Shown in pieces: positions 26,558-37,496 of a stretch of DNA of 64,000 nt. The DNA lies in assembly GCA_965204735.1 (NCBI GenBank), contig OZ242008.1, positions 736,001 through 800,000 of the forward strand, given 5' to 3'. This DNA comes from Longimicrobiales bacterium. GTDB taxonomy: Bacteria; Gemmatimonadota; Gemmatimonadetes; Longimicrobiales; Gaopeijiaceae. The translations under genes were made by a program, and so were the position numbers. A model generated the notes under the pieces. It did not search any database and was not told the origin of the DNA. It saw only the letters and a list, made by a program, of their open reading frames with translations. Within the stretch, counting starts at the first letter, position 1, and every line of letters starts with the position of its first letter.

Positions 26558-29500
26558 ATGGCCCTGAACCCCGTCGCCTACACCGAGAAGGTCGTCGGCA
26601 GCTTCTTGCGGTACCAGCTCACGGCCTATCCGTTCATGGACGAGGGGCTTCGCGGCCAGATGCGCGACCTCCTCTCTCTGGACGAGACCCGGCAGTCGCC
26701 CCTGCTGAAGGGACCTTACGTCAGCCTGTCCCGCCCGTTCAGGCAGGGCGCGGCGGTGAAGGACTTGGTGGCCGACGGGCTGTTGCACCCGCATCTCCGC
26801 GAACGCATTCCCGAGGCGATCACTCACCTGTACAGCCACCAGGAAAAGGCGGTTCGGGCCGTCGCCGAGGGACGGACCACACTGGTGTCCACAGGCACCG
26901 GCTCGGGCAAGACCGAGTGCTTTCTCTACCCCATCGTCAGCAAGTGCCTGGCGTTGCGGGACGAGGACGCGCCGCCGGGCGTCAGCGCCGTGATCGTCTA
27001 CCCCATGAACGCGCTCGCCGAGGACCAGCTGCTGCGGCTCCGGGACCTGCTGGCCGGGACCGGTGTTTCGTTCGGCATCTACGTCGGCAAGACGCCGGAA
27101 GGGGAGTCGGGAGTGACGGGCCTCCGCTTGCCCGCCGGTTCGTCCCGGGCTGACTACCGGGCGAGGTTGGAGCAGGCGCGAAAAGACGGTCAGGGAGAAG
27201 CCGTCTACCCCGCTGAGGAAGTGTGCTCGCGCGAAGCGATGCGGACGCCGGGCCGCCAGCCGCGCATCCTGCTCACCAACGTGAAGCAGCTGGAGCTCCT
27301 GCTGACCCGCCGCCGCGACATCGAACTTTTCGCCGGCGCGCGCCTGGACTACTTGGTGTTCGACGAGGCCCACACCTTCGCGGGCGTCATGGGGGCCGAA
27401 TCCGCCTGCCTGCTCCGCCGCCTTCGCGCCTTCTGCGACGCGGGGCCGGAGCGCACGACGTGCATCGCCACTTCCGCCACCATCGTGGACCGGGAGGACC
27501 CGGAAGCGGCGCGCAACTTCGCCGCCCGGTTCTTCGGCGTCGCGCCGGGGGACGTGGCAACCGTCGGCGAGGACTACGAGGCCGAGGTCTGGGCCAACCG
27601 GCGGTTCCTGCCGCCCACGCCCCAGGACGACGACGCAGGCATCCTCAACGAGTGCGTGCGCGCAGTCGAAGACGAAGACTCGGCAGGAGGCAGGGTTCGC
27701 GCGGCCTACCGGTCCCTGTCGGGCCGAACGCTTCCGGGCGCGGATGACGACGGCGATGGCAACGGCAACAGCAGCGGCTGGCGGGAGGCGCTGCACGCGG
27801 CCCTGTCGCACAACGAAGTCGTCTACGCGCTGAACGAGGAGCTTGTCGAGCCCCGTGCCCTGGAGGCGTTGCCCGCCGCCCTGGAGCAACGGATCGGACG
27901 GCCCGTGTCCCAAGCCGAGATCCTGTCCTGGCTCACGCTGGGGGCGGCGGCACGCCTGCAAGGGCGCCCATTGCTTCGCCCCGTCGTGCATGCGTTCGTG
28001 CGCGGCGTCGGCGGCGCGGTCGCGTCGTTCCCCGACGGAGCCTCCGGTCCCAGGCTCTGGCTGGCCGCCGAAGACGAAGCCGCCAGCAACGGACCCGACG
28101 GCGCCCGCGCCCGCTTCCCCGTGACCACCTGCACCACGTGCGGACAGCACTACTTCGTCGCGTTCCTGAAGGACTTCACGTTCACGGGAACCAAGCCGGG
28201 CGGGGGCAACGCGAGCCCCAGCGGTCCCTGGTGGGAGCGACTGGACCAGAAGGCGGGCGGAAAGCGAGTCCTGGTCACCGACCGGCTCATCGGCGCCGAC
28301 GAAACAGACGACGACGCGCCGCCCCACAAGCGCACGGCGTCCCTGGCCTTCTGCCGCCGCTGCGGCGCGGCTCACGCAAGCGCGCAGTCGAGCTGCTCGG
28401 CCTGCGGTCGCCCGGGACCGCTCTTGGAGCTGCGGGCGGTCCGGCAGAAGCAGGACAACCCGGGCCTCCTCACGAGCTGCCTGTCGTGCGGCTCGGTGGG
28501 TCGCCGTCCCAGCGGCGGCCGATACCGGGAACCGGCCCGCGAGGTGCGCGCCGTCAACGTTGCCGACGTGCATGTCCTTTCGCAGGACATGGTGCAGCAC
28601 GCCGAGCGGCGGCGCCTTCTCGTCTTCTGCGACAACCGGCAGGACGCCGCGTTCCAGGCCGGCTGGATGAAGGACCACGCCCGCCGCTTCCGCCTGCGCG
28701 CACTGATGAGCCAAGCGCTGGAGGCCGACACGACGTCCGTCGGCGACTTGACGGCCTGCCTGGACGACCGACTGGACGAGGACGAAGCCCTCTCTCGGGC
28801 GCTGATCCCCGAAGTCTGGCAGGCCGCGCCGAGCGACGGCGCCGGAGTCCGTCACAGGCAGGAGCGCCGGAAGTACCTGCGCATTCAAGTGCTGCGCGAG
28901 GTGGCCCTTTCCCCGCGCCAAGCATACGGCCTGGAGCCGTGGGGCCGGATGAAGGTGGAGTACGACGGCCTGAGTTCGACGGACCCGTGGATTCGCCGCC
29001 ACGCCCACCAGCTGGGCATCCCGCCCGACAAGATGCGCGAAGGCGTCGCCAGCGTCCTGGACTATCTGCGCCGCAAGCGCGCGCTCTTCGACCCCGTGCA
29101 CGAGGTCTTCACCAAGCATTGGATGGACGGCGATCGGGAAGTTCAGCAGGGCTACCTTCCCGGCTTCCTCAAGCCCAACGCCACGAAGCTGCGCCGAGAG
29201 CCGACGGAGAAGCCCGCGCAAGTCACCCAGTGGCTGAGCACCGGCGGCGGCGACACCACCATGCGCCAGGTCGCCAGGAAGTGGGGCGTGGCGGGCGACG
29301 CGGTCGAGGCGTTTCTGGAGGGCCTGTTCGAGTACGTGGTCGAGGCGGGGCTGCTTGTCCGGGTCGTCCTCAAGGGGTCCAAGAAGAGACCGTTGCCGGG
29401 TGTAAGCGGGGTGTTTCAGGTGGCCGCCGACAAGCTGCTGCTGAAGCCGAACAGGGGCGTGTGGCGTTGCAGGAAGTGCAGGCGCAAGGCAACCCGCGAC

Positions 29501-32500
29501 GTGCCCCACGGCTTGTGCCCGGCCTGGCGGTGCGACGGCCCGCTGGAGTGGATCAAGGAGGACCCCGACGACTACAACTTGCGGCTGCTGGACGGCGACT
29601 ACTCGATGCTTCGCTCCGAGGAGCACACCGCCATGGTGCCGCCCGACGAGCGCGACCGGCTGGAGAACCGATTCAAGGGCGAGTCCGATGCCGTGAACTG
29701 CCTCGTGTGCACGCCGACGCTGGAGCTCGGGATCGACATCGGTCGGCTGGACTCGGTGCTCATGCGCAACGTGCCGCCCCTGCCCGCCAACTACTGGCAA
29801 CGCGCCGGACGGGCGGGACGGCGTCACCGCATGGCCGTGAACGTGACCTACTGCCGGCCCGTCTCCCACGATCGGGCCTACTTCGCCGACCCGCCGAAGC
29901 TGCTCGGCGGCAAGATCGACCCGCCGGCGTTCAACCTTCGCAACGAGGTGATGGTCGCCAAGCACGTTCACGCCGTCGCGATCGGCGCCCTGTACCGGTA
30001 CAGCCAGGACCCGGAACGACCCGAGGCCGAGCGAAACCGCATTCGCAACGTGCTGAACTCGGCCCTGCCCCGGCGAGTGGCGCCCTACCTGTTCGCCGAC
30101 GGAGAGGTGCGGGATGCGTCCTTCGACTTCGACCCTCTGCGGCACTTGGTGGAGGACCTTTCGGACAGCTTGGCGCACGACCCGAAGCGCGTGTTCCGTC
30201 AGGGCTGGCCCGAGGCGGACGCGGCCGTCGTCGCCGACGCGGCGCTGCAAGGCCACGTGCAGCGATTCGCCGACGAGCTCGAAGAGGTCGTGGCGCGCCT
30301 GCGGCACCGGTTGAAGTGGGCGATGAGGCAGATCGGGCGCTTGAACCGCGAGCAGGAGCGGAAGGGAAGCTTGGAGCCGCCCGAGGAGGCGCTGCGCCGA
30401 CGTTGCGACCGGCTGGTCAAGCAGCTGAAGGGCACATCGCCGAGAAACTGGAGACATGCGGAGGGACACGACGACGCCAACACCTTCGGCGTGCTCGCCG
30501 CGGAGGGATTCCTGCCCGGATACGGCCTGGAGACCGGCGCGGTGACGGGCTGGGCCGAAGTGCCCTTCTGGAAGGCGGGGCCGGCGGAGTTCCGGCTTCC
30601 GCGTCCGCCGGCCACCGCGCTGCGCGAGTACGTGCCCGGCAACCTGATCTACGCCAACGGCCATCGCTTCGCCGCTCGCCGCTTTCACAGGGACGCCAAC
30701 GAGCGCCGGACCGACATGGCGACCTACGCGGTGTCGCGGAAGCGGCGGGCCGTTGCCGAGGTGCACGGCGCCAGCGGCACCGACGGCGACGCAACGCTGC
30801 CCACCATGGCCGTCTGCGACGTCGACCTCGTGCACACGTCCCACATCTCCGACGAAGAGGACCTTCGCTTTCAACTGGGAGTCGCCGTCGCGGGCGTCGA
30901 GCGCGACCAGCACAGCGGCGGAGATGCCTATCGGTGGGGCGCGCAATCGTTGCTGCTTCGCCGGGGCGTGCGGATGCGTCTGGTCAACGTGGGTCCCGCG
31001 ACCTCCATGGACGGCGGGGGCGCGCTCGGCTACCCCGTGTGCTCGGTTTGCGGCCACAGCGTCTCGCCGTTCGCGTCGGACCGCCAGCGGGAGGAGTTCG
31101 ACAAGGGCCACGAGGAGCGGTGCAACCGCAAGCCGGGACTCGTGGGCTTCCATGCGGACGTGATCGCGGACGCCCTTTCCCTGCCGGCGTGCGACGGCCA
31201 GACTACGGCGCACAGCGTCTTGGAGGCCCTGCGCTTCGGCGCTGCCCGCGTGCTCGACATGCACATCGACGACCTGCAGGTCCTGGTCGTCGGCAAGATG
31301 CACGAGGAGGCCGTGGACGCGCTGCTCTGGGACCCGATGCCCGGCGGCTCCGGCCTCTTGGAGCGGATCTGCGACCGCTTTGGAGAAGTGGTCGCGGCGG
31401 CCCGGCGAGTCGTCGGCGAATGCCCCGCCCTGTGCGAATCGGCGTGCACCGACTGCCTCCAGACCTTCCGCAACGCCTACTATCACCGCTTCCTCGACCG
31501 CGGAAACGCAGTCAAGCGCTTCGACAAGTGGGGGAGCAGCCTGGCGTGGGAGCACAAGGTTCCGCCCCGTCAGCCGGACGCGACTCTTCCGCGCAACAGC
31601 GCCGTCCCCGTCAACGCCGCCGAGGCCAAGCTCCGTCGATTGCTGTTGCGGGCCGGCTTCGGGGAAGGCGGGCGCGGCGAGCAGATTCGGCTGGACCGCG
31701 CCCTGGGCACCACGACGCCCGACGTGATCTACCGAGGTCCCGGCCACGACGCCGACGAAGGCGTGTGCATCTACCTGGACGGCCTCAGCCGACACCTCCA
31801 CGGCAACCCCGAGACCGCCGAACGCGACGCGCAGATTCGGAGCTGGTTGCAGAACAAAGGCTACGACGTGGTCGAGGTCGCCGTGCACGACTTGGACGAC
31901 GCGGACGCCATGGCGCGCCACTTCCGCCGCCTGGCCCGCTGCTTGGGCATGGGCGAGAGGGCGAAGAAGCTGGGCACCGACCGGTCATGGTTTCCGGCTC
32001 CCGAGTCCTCCGACGCCGGGGAGCGGCCACGCCTGCGCTTGATCAGGCCCGACCCGGCCCAGCGCTACGTGACGTGCGTGCCCTTCATGCCGTTGAAGGC
32101 TGCGGCCGGGGCCTTCGGCGACCCGCAGACGCTTGCCGAAGACGACGACGAACGGGAGTGGCTGGAGGTGGAAGCGGGACGCGCGCTTCGGCCCGGCATG
32201 TTCGCGGCGCAGGTCGAGGGCCGCTCCATGGAGCCGCGCATCCCCGACGGCTCGTATTGCCTCTTCCGGCCCGACGTGGCCGGCACGCGCCAAGGTCGAG
32301 TGCTCCTCGTGCAGCTCCTGGATCAAGTCGACCCGGAGACGGGCTACCGCTTCACCGTCAAGCGCTACCGCAGCAAGAAGCGCCAGGACGAAGGCGGCTG
32401 GCGTCACGTCAAGGTGACGCTGGAGCCCGACAACCCCGACTTCGCGCCCATCGAGATCGCCACCGACGACGAGGCGACCGTGGACGTCGTGGCCGAGTTC

Positions 32501-32524
32501 GTCGCAGTGCTTGGAGCTGGGTAG
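26558..32524 (+). CDS. YprA/DruE-like DEAH helicase - DUF1998 - Vsr/DUF559-like nuclease - S24 peptidase fusion (1988 aa)
   Basis: [46 protein letters not shown]; several CxxC motifs; [47 protein letters not shown]. Confidence 0.85.
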   Translation: MALNPVAYTEKVVGSFLRYQLTAYPFMDEGLRGQMRDLLSLDETRQSPLLKGPYVSLSRPFRQGAAVKDLVADGLLHPHLRERIPEAITHLYSHQEKAVRAVAEGRTTLVSTGTGSGKTECFLYPIVSKCLALRDEDAPPGVSAVIVYPMNALAEDQLLRLRDLLAGTGVSFGIYVGKTPEGESGVTGLRLPAGSSRADYRARLEQARKDGQGEAVYPAEEVCSREAMRTPGRQPRILLTNVKQLELLLTRRRDIELFAGARLDYLVFDEAHTFAGVMGAESACLLRRLRAFCDAGPERTTCIATSATIVDREDPEAARNFAARFFGVAPGDVATVGEDYEAEVWANRRFLPPTPQDDDAGILNECVRAVEDEDSAGGRVRAAYRSLSGRTLPGADDDGDGNGNSSGWREALHAALSHNEVVYALNEELVEPRALEALPAALEQRIGRPVSQAEILSWLTLGAAARLQGRPLLRPVVHAFVRGVGGAVASFPDGASGPRLWLAAEDEAASNGPDGARARFPVTTCTTCGQHYFVAFLKDFTFTGTKPGGGNASPSGPWWERLDQKAGGKRVLVTDRLIGADETDDDAPPHKRTASLAFCRRCGAAHASAQSSCSACGRPGPLLELRAVRQKQDNPGLLTSCLSCGSVGRRPSGGRYREPAREVRAVNVADVHVLSQDMVQHAERRRLLVFCDNRQDAAFQAGWMKDHARRFRLRALMSQALEADTTSVGDLTACLDDRLDEDEALSRALIPEVWQAAPSDGAGVRHRQERRKYLRIQVLREVALSPRQAYGLEPWGRMKVEYDGLSSTDPWIRRHAHQLGIPPDKMREGVASVLDYLRRKRALFDPVHEVFTKHWMDGDREVQQGYLPGFLKPNATKLRREPTEKPAQVTQWLSTGGGDTTMRQVARKWGVAGDAVEAFLEGLFEYVVEAGLLVRVVLKGSKKRPLPGVSGVFQVAADKLLLKPNRGVWRCRKCRRKATRDVPHGLCPAWRCDGPLEWIKEDPDDYNLRLLDGDYSMLRSEEHTAMVPPDERDRLENRFKGESDAVNCLVCTPTLELGIDIGRLDSVLMRNVPPLPANYWQRAGRAGRRHRMAVNVTYCRPVSHDRAYFADPPKLLGGKIDPPAFNLRNEVMVAKHVHAVAIGALYRYSQDPERPEAERNRIRNVLNSALPRRVAPYLFADGEVRDASFDFDPLRHLVEDLSDSLAHDPKRVFRQGWPEADAAVVADAALQGHVQRFADELEEVVARLRHRLKWAMRQIGRLNREQERKGSLEPPEEALRRRCDRLVKQLKGTSPRNWRHAEGHDDANTFGVLAAEGFLPGYGLETGAVTGWAEVPFWKAGPAEFRLPRPPATALREYVPGNLIYANGHRFAARRFHRDANERRTDMATYAVSRKRRAVAEVHGASGTDGDATLPTMAVCDVDLVHTSHISDEEDLRFQLGVAVAGVERDQHSGGDAYRWGAQSLLLRRGVRMRLVNVGPATSMDGGGALGYPVCSVCGHSVSPFASDRQREEFDKGHEERCNRKPGLVGFHADVIADALSLPACDGQTTAHSVLEALRFGAARVLDMHIDDLQVLVVGKMHEEAVDALLWDPMPGGSGLLERICDRFGEVVAAARRVVGECPALCESACTDCLQTFRNAYYHRFLDRGNAVKRFDKWGSSLAWEHKVPPRQPDATLPRNSAVPVNAAEAKLRRLLLRAGFGEGGRGEQIRLDRALGTTTPDVIYRGPGHDADEGVCIYLDGLSRHLHGNPETAERDAQIRSWLQNKGYDVVEVAVHDLDDADAMARHFRRLARCLGMGERAKKLGTDRSWFPAPESSDAGERPRLRLIRPDPAQRYVTCVPFMPLKAAAGAFGDPQTLAEDDDEREWLEVEAGRALRPGMFAAQVEGRSMEPRIPDGSYCLFRPDVAGTRQGRVLLVQLLDQVDPETGYRFTVKRYRSKKRQDEGGWRHVKVTLEPDNPDFAPIEIATDDEATVDVVAEFVAVLGAG

Positions 32525-32648
32525 AGGTAGACCATTGCCGCATCCCGCCCCCTTAGCTGGAGAGCTCCAGCCGGGATTGCGCATCGCGAGCACCGGTCCG
32601 ACAATCGCTGGCGCCAGTCGCAAGCACTCGCAGGCGAAGGAGGGCCGC

Positions 32649-33941
32649 GTGTTGAAGCCGGCGTGGGACAGACTGTGGACCGGAGCGAACCTGGCGACCA
32701 TGACGGATGCGTCCATGGGGGTCGTCGAAGACGGCGCCCTCGCCGCAAAGGACGGGCGGATCGCATGGGTAGGCCGAGCCCGGGACCTGCCAAGGGACGC
32801 GAGGACGCGGGCCGACGCGGTGATCGACTGCGACGGCGCGTGGATGACGCCGGGGCTGGTCGATTGTCACACGCACCTCGTCTTCGGCGGCGACAGAACG
32901 GGCGACTTCCGGCGACGACTTGGAGGCGAGTCCTACGAGGAGATCGCGCGCGCCGGCGGCGGCATCTGGTCCACGGTGCTGGCCACGCGCCGCGCCTCTG
33001 CGCGGGAGCTGGCCGAGAGCGCGTCGGCCCGAGTGCGGGACCTGACCGCGTGGGGCGTCACGACGATCGAGATCAAGTCCGGCTACGGCCTGGACGTGGA
33101 GACGGAGCTGAAGATGCTGGACGTGGCCGCGGGGCTGGGGCGCGACCTTCCCGTGGACGTGTCGCCCACCCTGCTGGCGGCCCATGCGCTGCCCCCGGAG
33201 TTCGCGGGAAGACGGGCCGAGTACGTGGAGCACGTCGTGCAGGAGATGATTCCCGCCGCTGCCGAGCAGGGCCACGCGACCGCCGTGGACGTGTTCTGCG
33301 AAGGCATCGCCTTCTCGCCCGCCGAGTCCAAGAAGGTTCTGGAAGCCGGTCTTGCCGTCGGCCTTCAAGCCCGCGTGCACGCTGACCAGCTCTCGGACAC
33401 CGGCGGCGGCGTGCTCGCGGCGTCGCTGGGCGCCCGCTCCGCCGATCACCTGGAGCATCTCTCGCCGGAGGGCGTCGCGGCCATGGCCGAAGCGGACGTC
33501 GCAGCGGTCCTTCTGCCCGGCGCGGCGTACACGCTGGACGCGGATCGGAAGCCTCCCGTCGCCGGGCTGCGGAAGGCGGGGGCGACGCTGGCTCTGGCCA
33601 CGGACGCAAACCCGGGGTCGTCGCCGATCACCAACGTGGGAATGATCCTCAACTTGGCCTGCATCCTCTTCCGGACGACTCCGGCCGAAGCCCTGACGGG
33701 TTTCACGCGCGCCGCCGCCAAGGCGCTCGGGCTGGACGGCGACCGAGGCACGCTGGAGCGCGGAAAGCGAGCGGACCTGGCGATCTGGAACGTGCGCGAC
33801 CCTGCGTTCCTCTGCTACTGGATGGGCCAAAGCCCGTTGGCCGGCTTGGTCAAGGACGGCGAGCCGATCAGCGCAAACCGCGTCAGCTTGCCGGACGCCG
33901 CACCGGTCCCCGGAGCCACCGGCCCGGCTTCTCGCCCGTGA
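32649..33941 (+). CDS. hutI: Imidazolonepropionase
   Basis: PGLVDCHTHLVFGG, YEEIARAGGGI, EIKSGYGL, DVFCE, HADQLS, ATDANPGSSP. Confidence 0.95.
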   Translation: MLKPAWDRLWTGANLATMTDASMGVVEDGALAAKDGRIAWVGRARDLPRDARTRADAVIDCDGAWMTPGLVDCHTHLVFGGDRTGDFRRRLGGESYEEIARAGGGIWSTVLATRRASARELAESASARVRDLTAWGVTTIEIKSGYGLDVETELKMLDVAAGLGRDLPVDVSPTLLAAHALPPEFAGRRAEYVEHVVQEMIPAAAEQGHATAVDVFCEGIAFSPAESKKVLEAGLAVGLQARVHADQLSDTGGGVLAASLGARSADHLEHLSPEGVAAMAEADVAAVLLPGAAYTLDADRKPPVAGLRKAGATLALATDANPGSSPITNVGMILNLACILFRTTPAEALTGFTRAAAKALGLDGDRGTLERGKRADLAIWNVRDPAFLCYWMGQSPLAGLVKDGEPISANRVSLPDAAPVPGATGPASRP

Positions 33942-35550
33942 GCCCGCCGTTGCGGATCACCGGAACGCCGTTCACCAGCAGGTCGGCGATGCCCACGCTG
34001 TACTGGTGCGGGTCGGCGTAGGTGGCCCGGTCGGCGATCACGTCCGGGTCGAACACCGCCACGTCGGCGCGCATCCCCTCGGCGATCACCCCCATGTCGC
34101 TGCGGCCGAGCCAACGGGCGGGCATGGACGTCATCTTCTCGACCGCTTCCTCCAACGTGAGCACGCCCAGCTCGCGGACGTAGCGCGCCAGCACTCGCGG
34201 GAACGCGCCGTAGCTGCGGGGGTGCGGGTATCCGATCCCGTAGCCCACCGCGTCGCCGTCCGTCTCGATCATGGCAAGGGGGTGCTGCATGATCCGGATC
34301 ACGTCCGCCTCGTCCATGGCGTGATAGATGGCGCTGAAGCCGCCCTTCAGCTGGAGATCGATCGCCAGCTGGATGCCCGTTTCCAGGTTGTTCGGGAGTC
34401 CCAGGTCGGCGGCGTACTCCGCCAGCGTGCGGCCGTTCCACCTTTCGTCCGAGCGCAGGACGCGGAACTGAATGCGCGAAATGTCGCCGCCGGTGCGGTC
34501 GGTCGTGAATATCGTCCGCATGTCCGCCTCCATCCGCCGGCGGGTCTCCGGGTCGGCGACGCGCTTGGCGAACTCCTCCGGGCCGCCGGCCAGCGCCCAC
34601 TGCGGGAAGAGGATCGACGAGCCGGTGCTGGAGGCGGCGTAAGGGTAGAGGTCGTGGGTGACCGAGAGCCCGGCCGCGTTGGCCGAATCGATCATTGCCA
34701 GGGACTTCTCGCTCCATCCCCATTGGGCGGCGCCGGCCGCCTTGTGATGGTTGATCTGGGCGGGGATGCCGGCTTCGTCGGCGATGCGGATCACCTCGGC
34801 CACGGATTCGAGCAGTCCGCTGGCCTCGTTGCGCATGTGGGTGACGTAGATGCCCCCGTGGCGGGCTGCGACCTTGGCCAGCTCGATCACCTCTTCGGTC
34901 TCGGCGAAGTTGGCGGGCACGTACAGCAACCCCGTCGAGAGGCCCAGCGCCCCTTCGCGCATCGACTGGTCCACGAGCGCCTTCATCTCCTCCAGCTCGG
35001 CCTCGGTGGGGGCGCGGTCGTCCATTCCCAGGACTTGCTTTCGGGTCCAGGAGTGGCCGGCGAAGAACCCGAAGTTCGGGGCCGCCTCCAGGCTCGACGC
35101 GAACGCCTCCATCGGCCACGGCTGGTCGCCCGAGTGCAGCGACGCGATCAGCGTGGTGATCCCCTGCCGCAGGAAGTTCTCGGCCAGCGGGTATTCCGCG
35201 ATCGTCTGCTGGACGTGGGAGTGGTTGTCGATGAACCCGGGGGCGACCACTCGGCCTTCGGCGTCGATCACCGTCGCGGCCAGAGACCTGTCCACCGGCT
35301 CTCGCGAGACGAGGACGATGCGTCCGTCCGCCACCGCCACGTCGGCCCGGAAGCGGTCGGCCCCCGTGCCGTCCACCACCGTGCCGCCGGCGATCAGCAC
35401 GTCGTACTGCTGGGCGGAGGCGCCGGCCGACCGACCGGACGTTCCCGGCGCGCCCGGCGCTCCGGCGAGGCAGAAGAGGGTCAGCGCGACGGCCGAAGAG
35501 ACCACCGGCGACGGGAAGCTGGCCGAAGCGGCCTTTGCGCGAAGAGTCAT
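33883..35550 (-). CDS. N-acyl-D-amino-acid deacylase family amidohydrolase
   Basis: VVDGTG, PGFIDNHSH, GALGLSTGLLYVP, HPRSYGAFPRVL. Start position uncertain. Confidence 0.9.
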   Translation of the reverse strand: MTLRAKAASASFPSPVVSSAVALTLFCLAGAPGAPGTSGRSAGASAQQYDVLIAGGTVVDGTGADRFRADVAVADGRIVLVSREPVDRSLAATVIDAEGRVVAPGFIDNHSHVQQTIAEYPLAENFLRQGITTLIASLHSGDQPWPMEAFASSLEAAPNFGFFAGHSWTRKQVLGMDDRAPTEAELEEMKALVDQSMREGALGLSTGLLYVPANFAETEEVIELAKVAARHGGIYVTHMRNEASGLLESVAEVIRIADEAGIPAQINHHKAAGAAQWGWSEKSLAMIDSANAAGLSVTHDLYPYAASSTGSSILFPQWALAGGPEEFAKRVADPETRRRMEADMRTIFTTDRTGGDISRIQFRVLRSDERWNGRTLAEYAADLGLPNNLETGIQLAIDLQLKGGFSAIYHAMDEADVIRIMQHPLAMIETDGDAVGYGIGYPHPRSYGAFPRVLARYVRELGVLTLEEAVEKMTSMPARWLGRSDMGVIAEGMRADVAVFDPDVIADRATYADPHQYSVGIADLLVNGVPVIRNGGLTGEKPGRWLRGPVRRPAS

Positions 35551-35717
35551 CGGGGCGGAACCTCCAAAGGTGACGGCCGGGTCTGGCCTGACGGCGGGTC
35601 TGGCAACGATCTGGAATGGACCCGGCGGCCGGGAGCGGCGCAACTGGGGCCAGGCGGCGCCCGGTCGCATCGGCCGGCACTTGCCTTCGGCCGCGCCATG
35701 CCGCCCAATTGGCCAGC

Positions 35718-36503
35718 ATGAGCATGAAGGTCGCGACGTGGAACGTGAACTCGGTCAAGGCGCGGGAGGCGCGGGTGGTCGGGTGGCTCCGGGAGCACGA
35801 GCCGGACGCCCTCTGCCTTCAGGAGCTGAAGACCACCGACGCGGCGTACCCGTTCGACGCCGTCCGCAGTGCAGGCTACGAGTCGGCGGTGCTGGGCCAG
35901 CGGACCTACAACGGCGTGGCGCTGCTCGGCCGCCGTCCGATCTCCGACGTGGTGCGGGGCTTGGGCTCCGACGACCTGGACTCGCAGGCCCGGCTGATCC
36001 AAGGCGTGGTCCGGGGAGTCGCGGTGTACTCGGCCTACTTCCCCAACGGGCGAACGGTCGGCTCCGAGTCGCACCGCTACAAGCTGGCCTGGATGGGGCG
36101 GCTGCTGGAGGCGCTGGAGACCCGCCACGACCCCCGCGACCCCGTGATCCTGGCCGGCGACTTCAACGTGGCCCGCGACGACCTGGATGCGGAGAACCCG
36201 GAGCAGTGGGCGGCCAGCGTCCTCTGCGATCCGGCTGCGCGGGAGGCGCTGGAGCGGATCCGCGAGTGGGGCTTCGTGGACGTGGTGCGGAAGCACAACC
36301 CCCAGGGCAAGCTGTACAGCTGGTGGGACTACCGTCGCCTCGCGTTTCCCAGGAACGACGGCTTGCGCATCGACCACGTCTTTGCCACAGTTCCCGTGGC
36401 GGACGCGTCGACCGCAGCCTGGGTGGACCGCAACCAGCGGAAAGGCAAGAAGACGGACAAGCCGTCGGACCACGCGCCGGTGTTGGCGGAGTTCGACCTC
36501 TAG
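35718..36503 (+). CDS. xth: Exodeoxyribonuclease III
   Basis: ATWNVNS, LQELK, YNGVA, GDFNVA, SWWDYR, GLRIDH, SDHAPV. Confidence 0.95.
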   Translation: MSMKVATWNVNSVKAREARVVGWLREHEPDALCLQELKTTDAAYPFDAVRSAGYESAVLGQRTYNGVALLGRRPISDVVRGLGSDDLDSQARLIQGVVRGVAVYSAYFPNGRTVGSESHRYKLAWMGRLLEALETRHDPRDPVILAGDFNVARDDLDAENPEQWAASVLCDPAAREALERIREWGFVDVVRKHNPQGKLYSWWDYRRLAFPRNDGLRIDHVFATVPVADASTAAWVDRNQRKGKKTDKPSDHAPVLAEFDL

Positions 36504-36648
36504 ATCGGAGCAACCTTCCGACGGGAACCTTGGGTCGAAACGGGTGTAGCAACCTGGAAACGGGTGTAGCAGCCCTGGGTCGAACTCCAGCGAAGCGAGT
36601 TCTCGCAGGAGCGCAAGAGGAAGAGCAGGAGGAACGCAGGAGGAAGAG

Positions 36649-37377
36649 ATGAAGAGCAGGCGGCTCAGGGAGCGCCACTACCGGCGCATCTTCGTGGCGG
36701 GGATCGGGGCGTCGGTGACGGTCCACGCCGTCGTCTTGGGGATGGCGACGTTCAACGTCCCCGCCACTACCGCAGGCCCCCCCGAGAACCGTCGCGTCAC
36801 GTCCGAAGCGCCCCGGTTCGACGCCGTCGAGGTGGTGCAGCTGTCGGTGCAGGCCGAGCCGACGGAAGCGCCCGTGCCCGTGGAGGCCGTAGTCGCCGCA
36901 GCGGCGGTCGAGCCCTCCGCGACCGCGCCCGCCGCGGCGCCCCCGGCATCGGCTCGCGCAACGCCGTCTCCGGCGGCAGGCGCACCCTCTCCGGCGACGA
37001 ACGCCGCGGTCCTCCTGGCTTCCCTCGAGGCCCCGTCGGCGCCATCCATGCGCGCCAACTTCGCGGCTCGGCAAAGTCTTCCCTACGGCGCGTCGGCGTC
37101 CCAGGCGATTCCCGAGCCGGCCGACGCGGATCCCCACGCCGGCCACGACCACGGCCACGACGAGGAGTCCGAAGGAGACGGCTGGTGGGGCCGCTTCAAG
37201 GTCGCCCTGGGCCAGGGCGCCGCAGGGGGCTACTGCAAGCCGCGCAAGCCGCCGGTCCTGGTGTCCGGACCCAATCACCCGCCAGTGCTGGGAGAGGCGC
37301 AGCCCGAGGACGACACGGAGCCCCCGGACGCCCAGTTCCCGCGCCCCCGGGGTCCCCGAGGCCGCCTCTTCCGCTAA
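36649..37377 (+). CDS. Hypothetical membrane-anchored Pro/Ala-rich protein
   Basis: AGGAG RBS; a single TM segment with SVTVH motif followed by a low-complexity linker. Confidence 0.6.
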   Translation: MKSRRLRERHYRRIFVAGIGASVTVHAVVLGMATFNVPATTAGPPENRRVTSEAPRFDAVEVVQLSVQAEPTEAPVPVEAVVAAAAVEPSATAPAAAPPASARATPSPAAGAPSPATNAAVLLASLEAPSAPSMRANFAARQSLPYGASASQAIPEPADADPHAGHDHGHDEESEGDGWWGRFKVALGQGAAGGYCKPRKPPVLVSGPNHPPVLGEAQPEDDTEPPDAQFPRPRGPRGRLFR

Positions 37378-37496
37378 GCTCTTCCGCTAAGAGGTTCCGC
37401 CCCAGGCCGGTCCTGGCGGTCGCGCGCCGGTCCTGGCGGCTCCGGTCCTGGCGGCCCCGGCTCCGGCCGGCCGAGCTGCTCCCTGCGCTTGCGCGC

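Noticed and set aside
26474..31921. 1815-aa antisense ORF and similar long antisense or shadow ORFs across the window
   Set aside because: Expected mirror ORFs in high-GC DNA opposite genes with clear motifs; they contain no recognisable domains.
13869..32524. Canonical DISARM class I call
   Set aside because: There is no separate drmB and no PLD nuclease drmC; the helicase is a DUF1998-fused YprA/DruE type.
7244..32648. Prophage, ICE or integrative element carrying the island
   Set aside because: No integrase, tRNA, att-like direct repeats, or phage or conjugation genes were seen.
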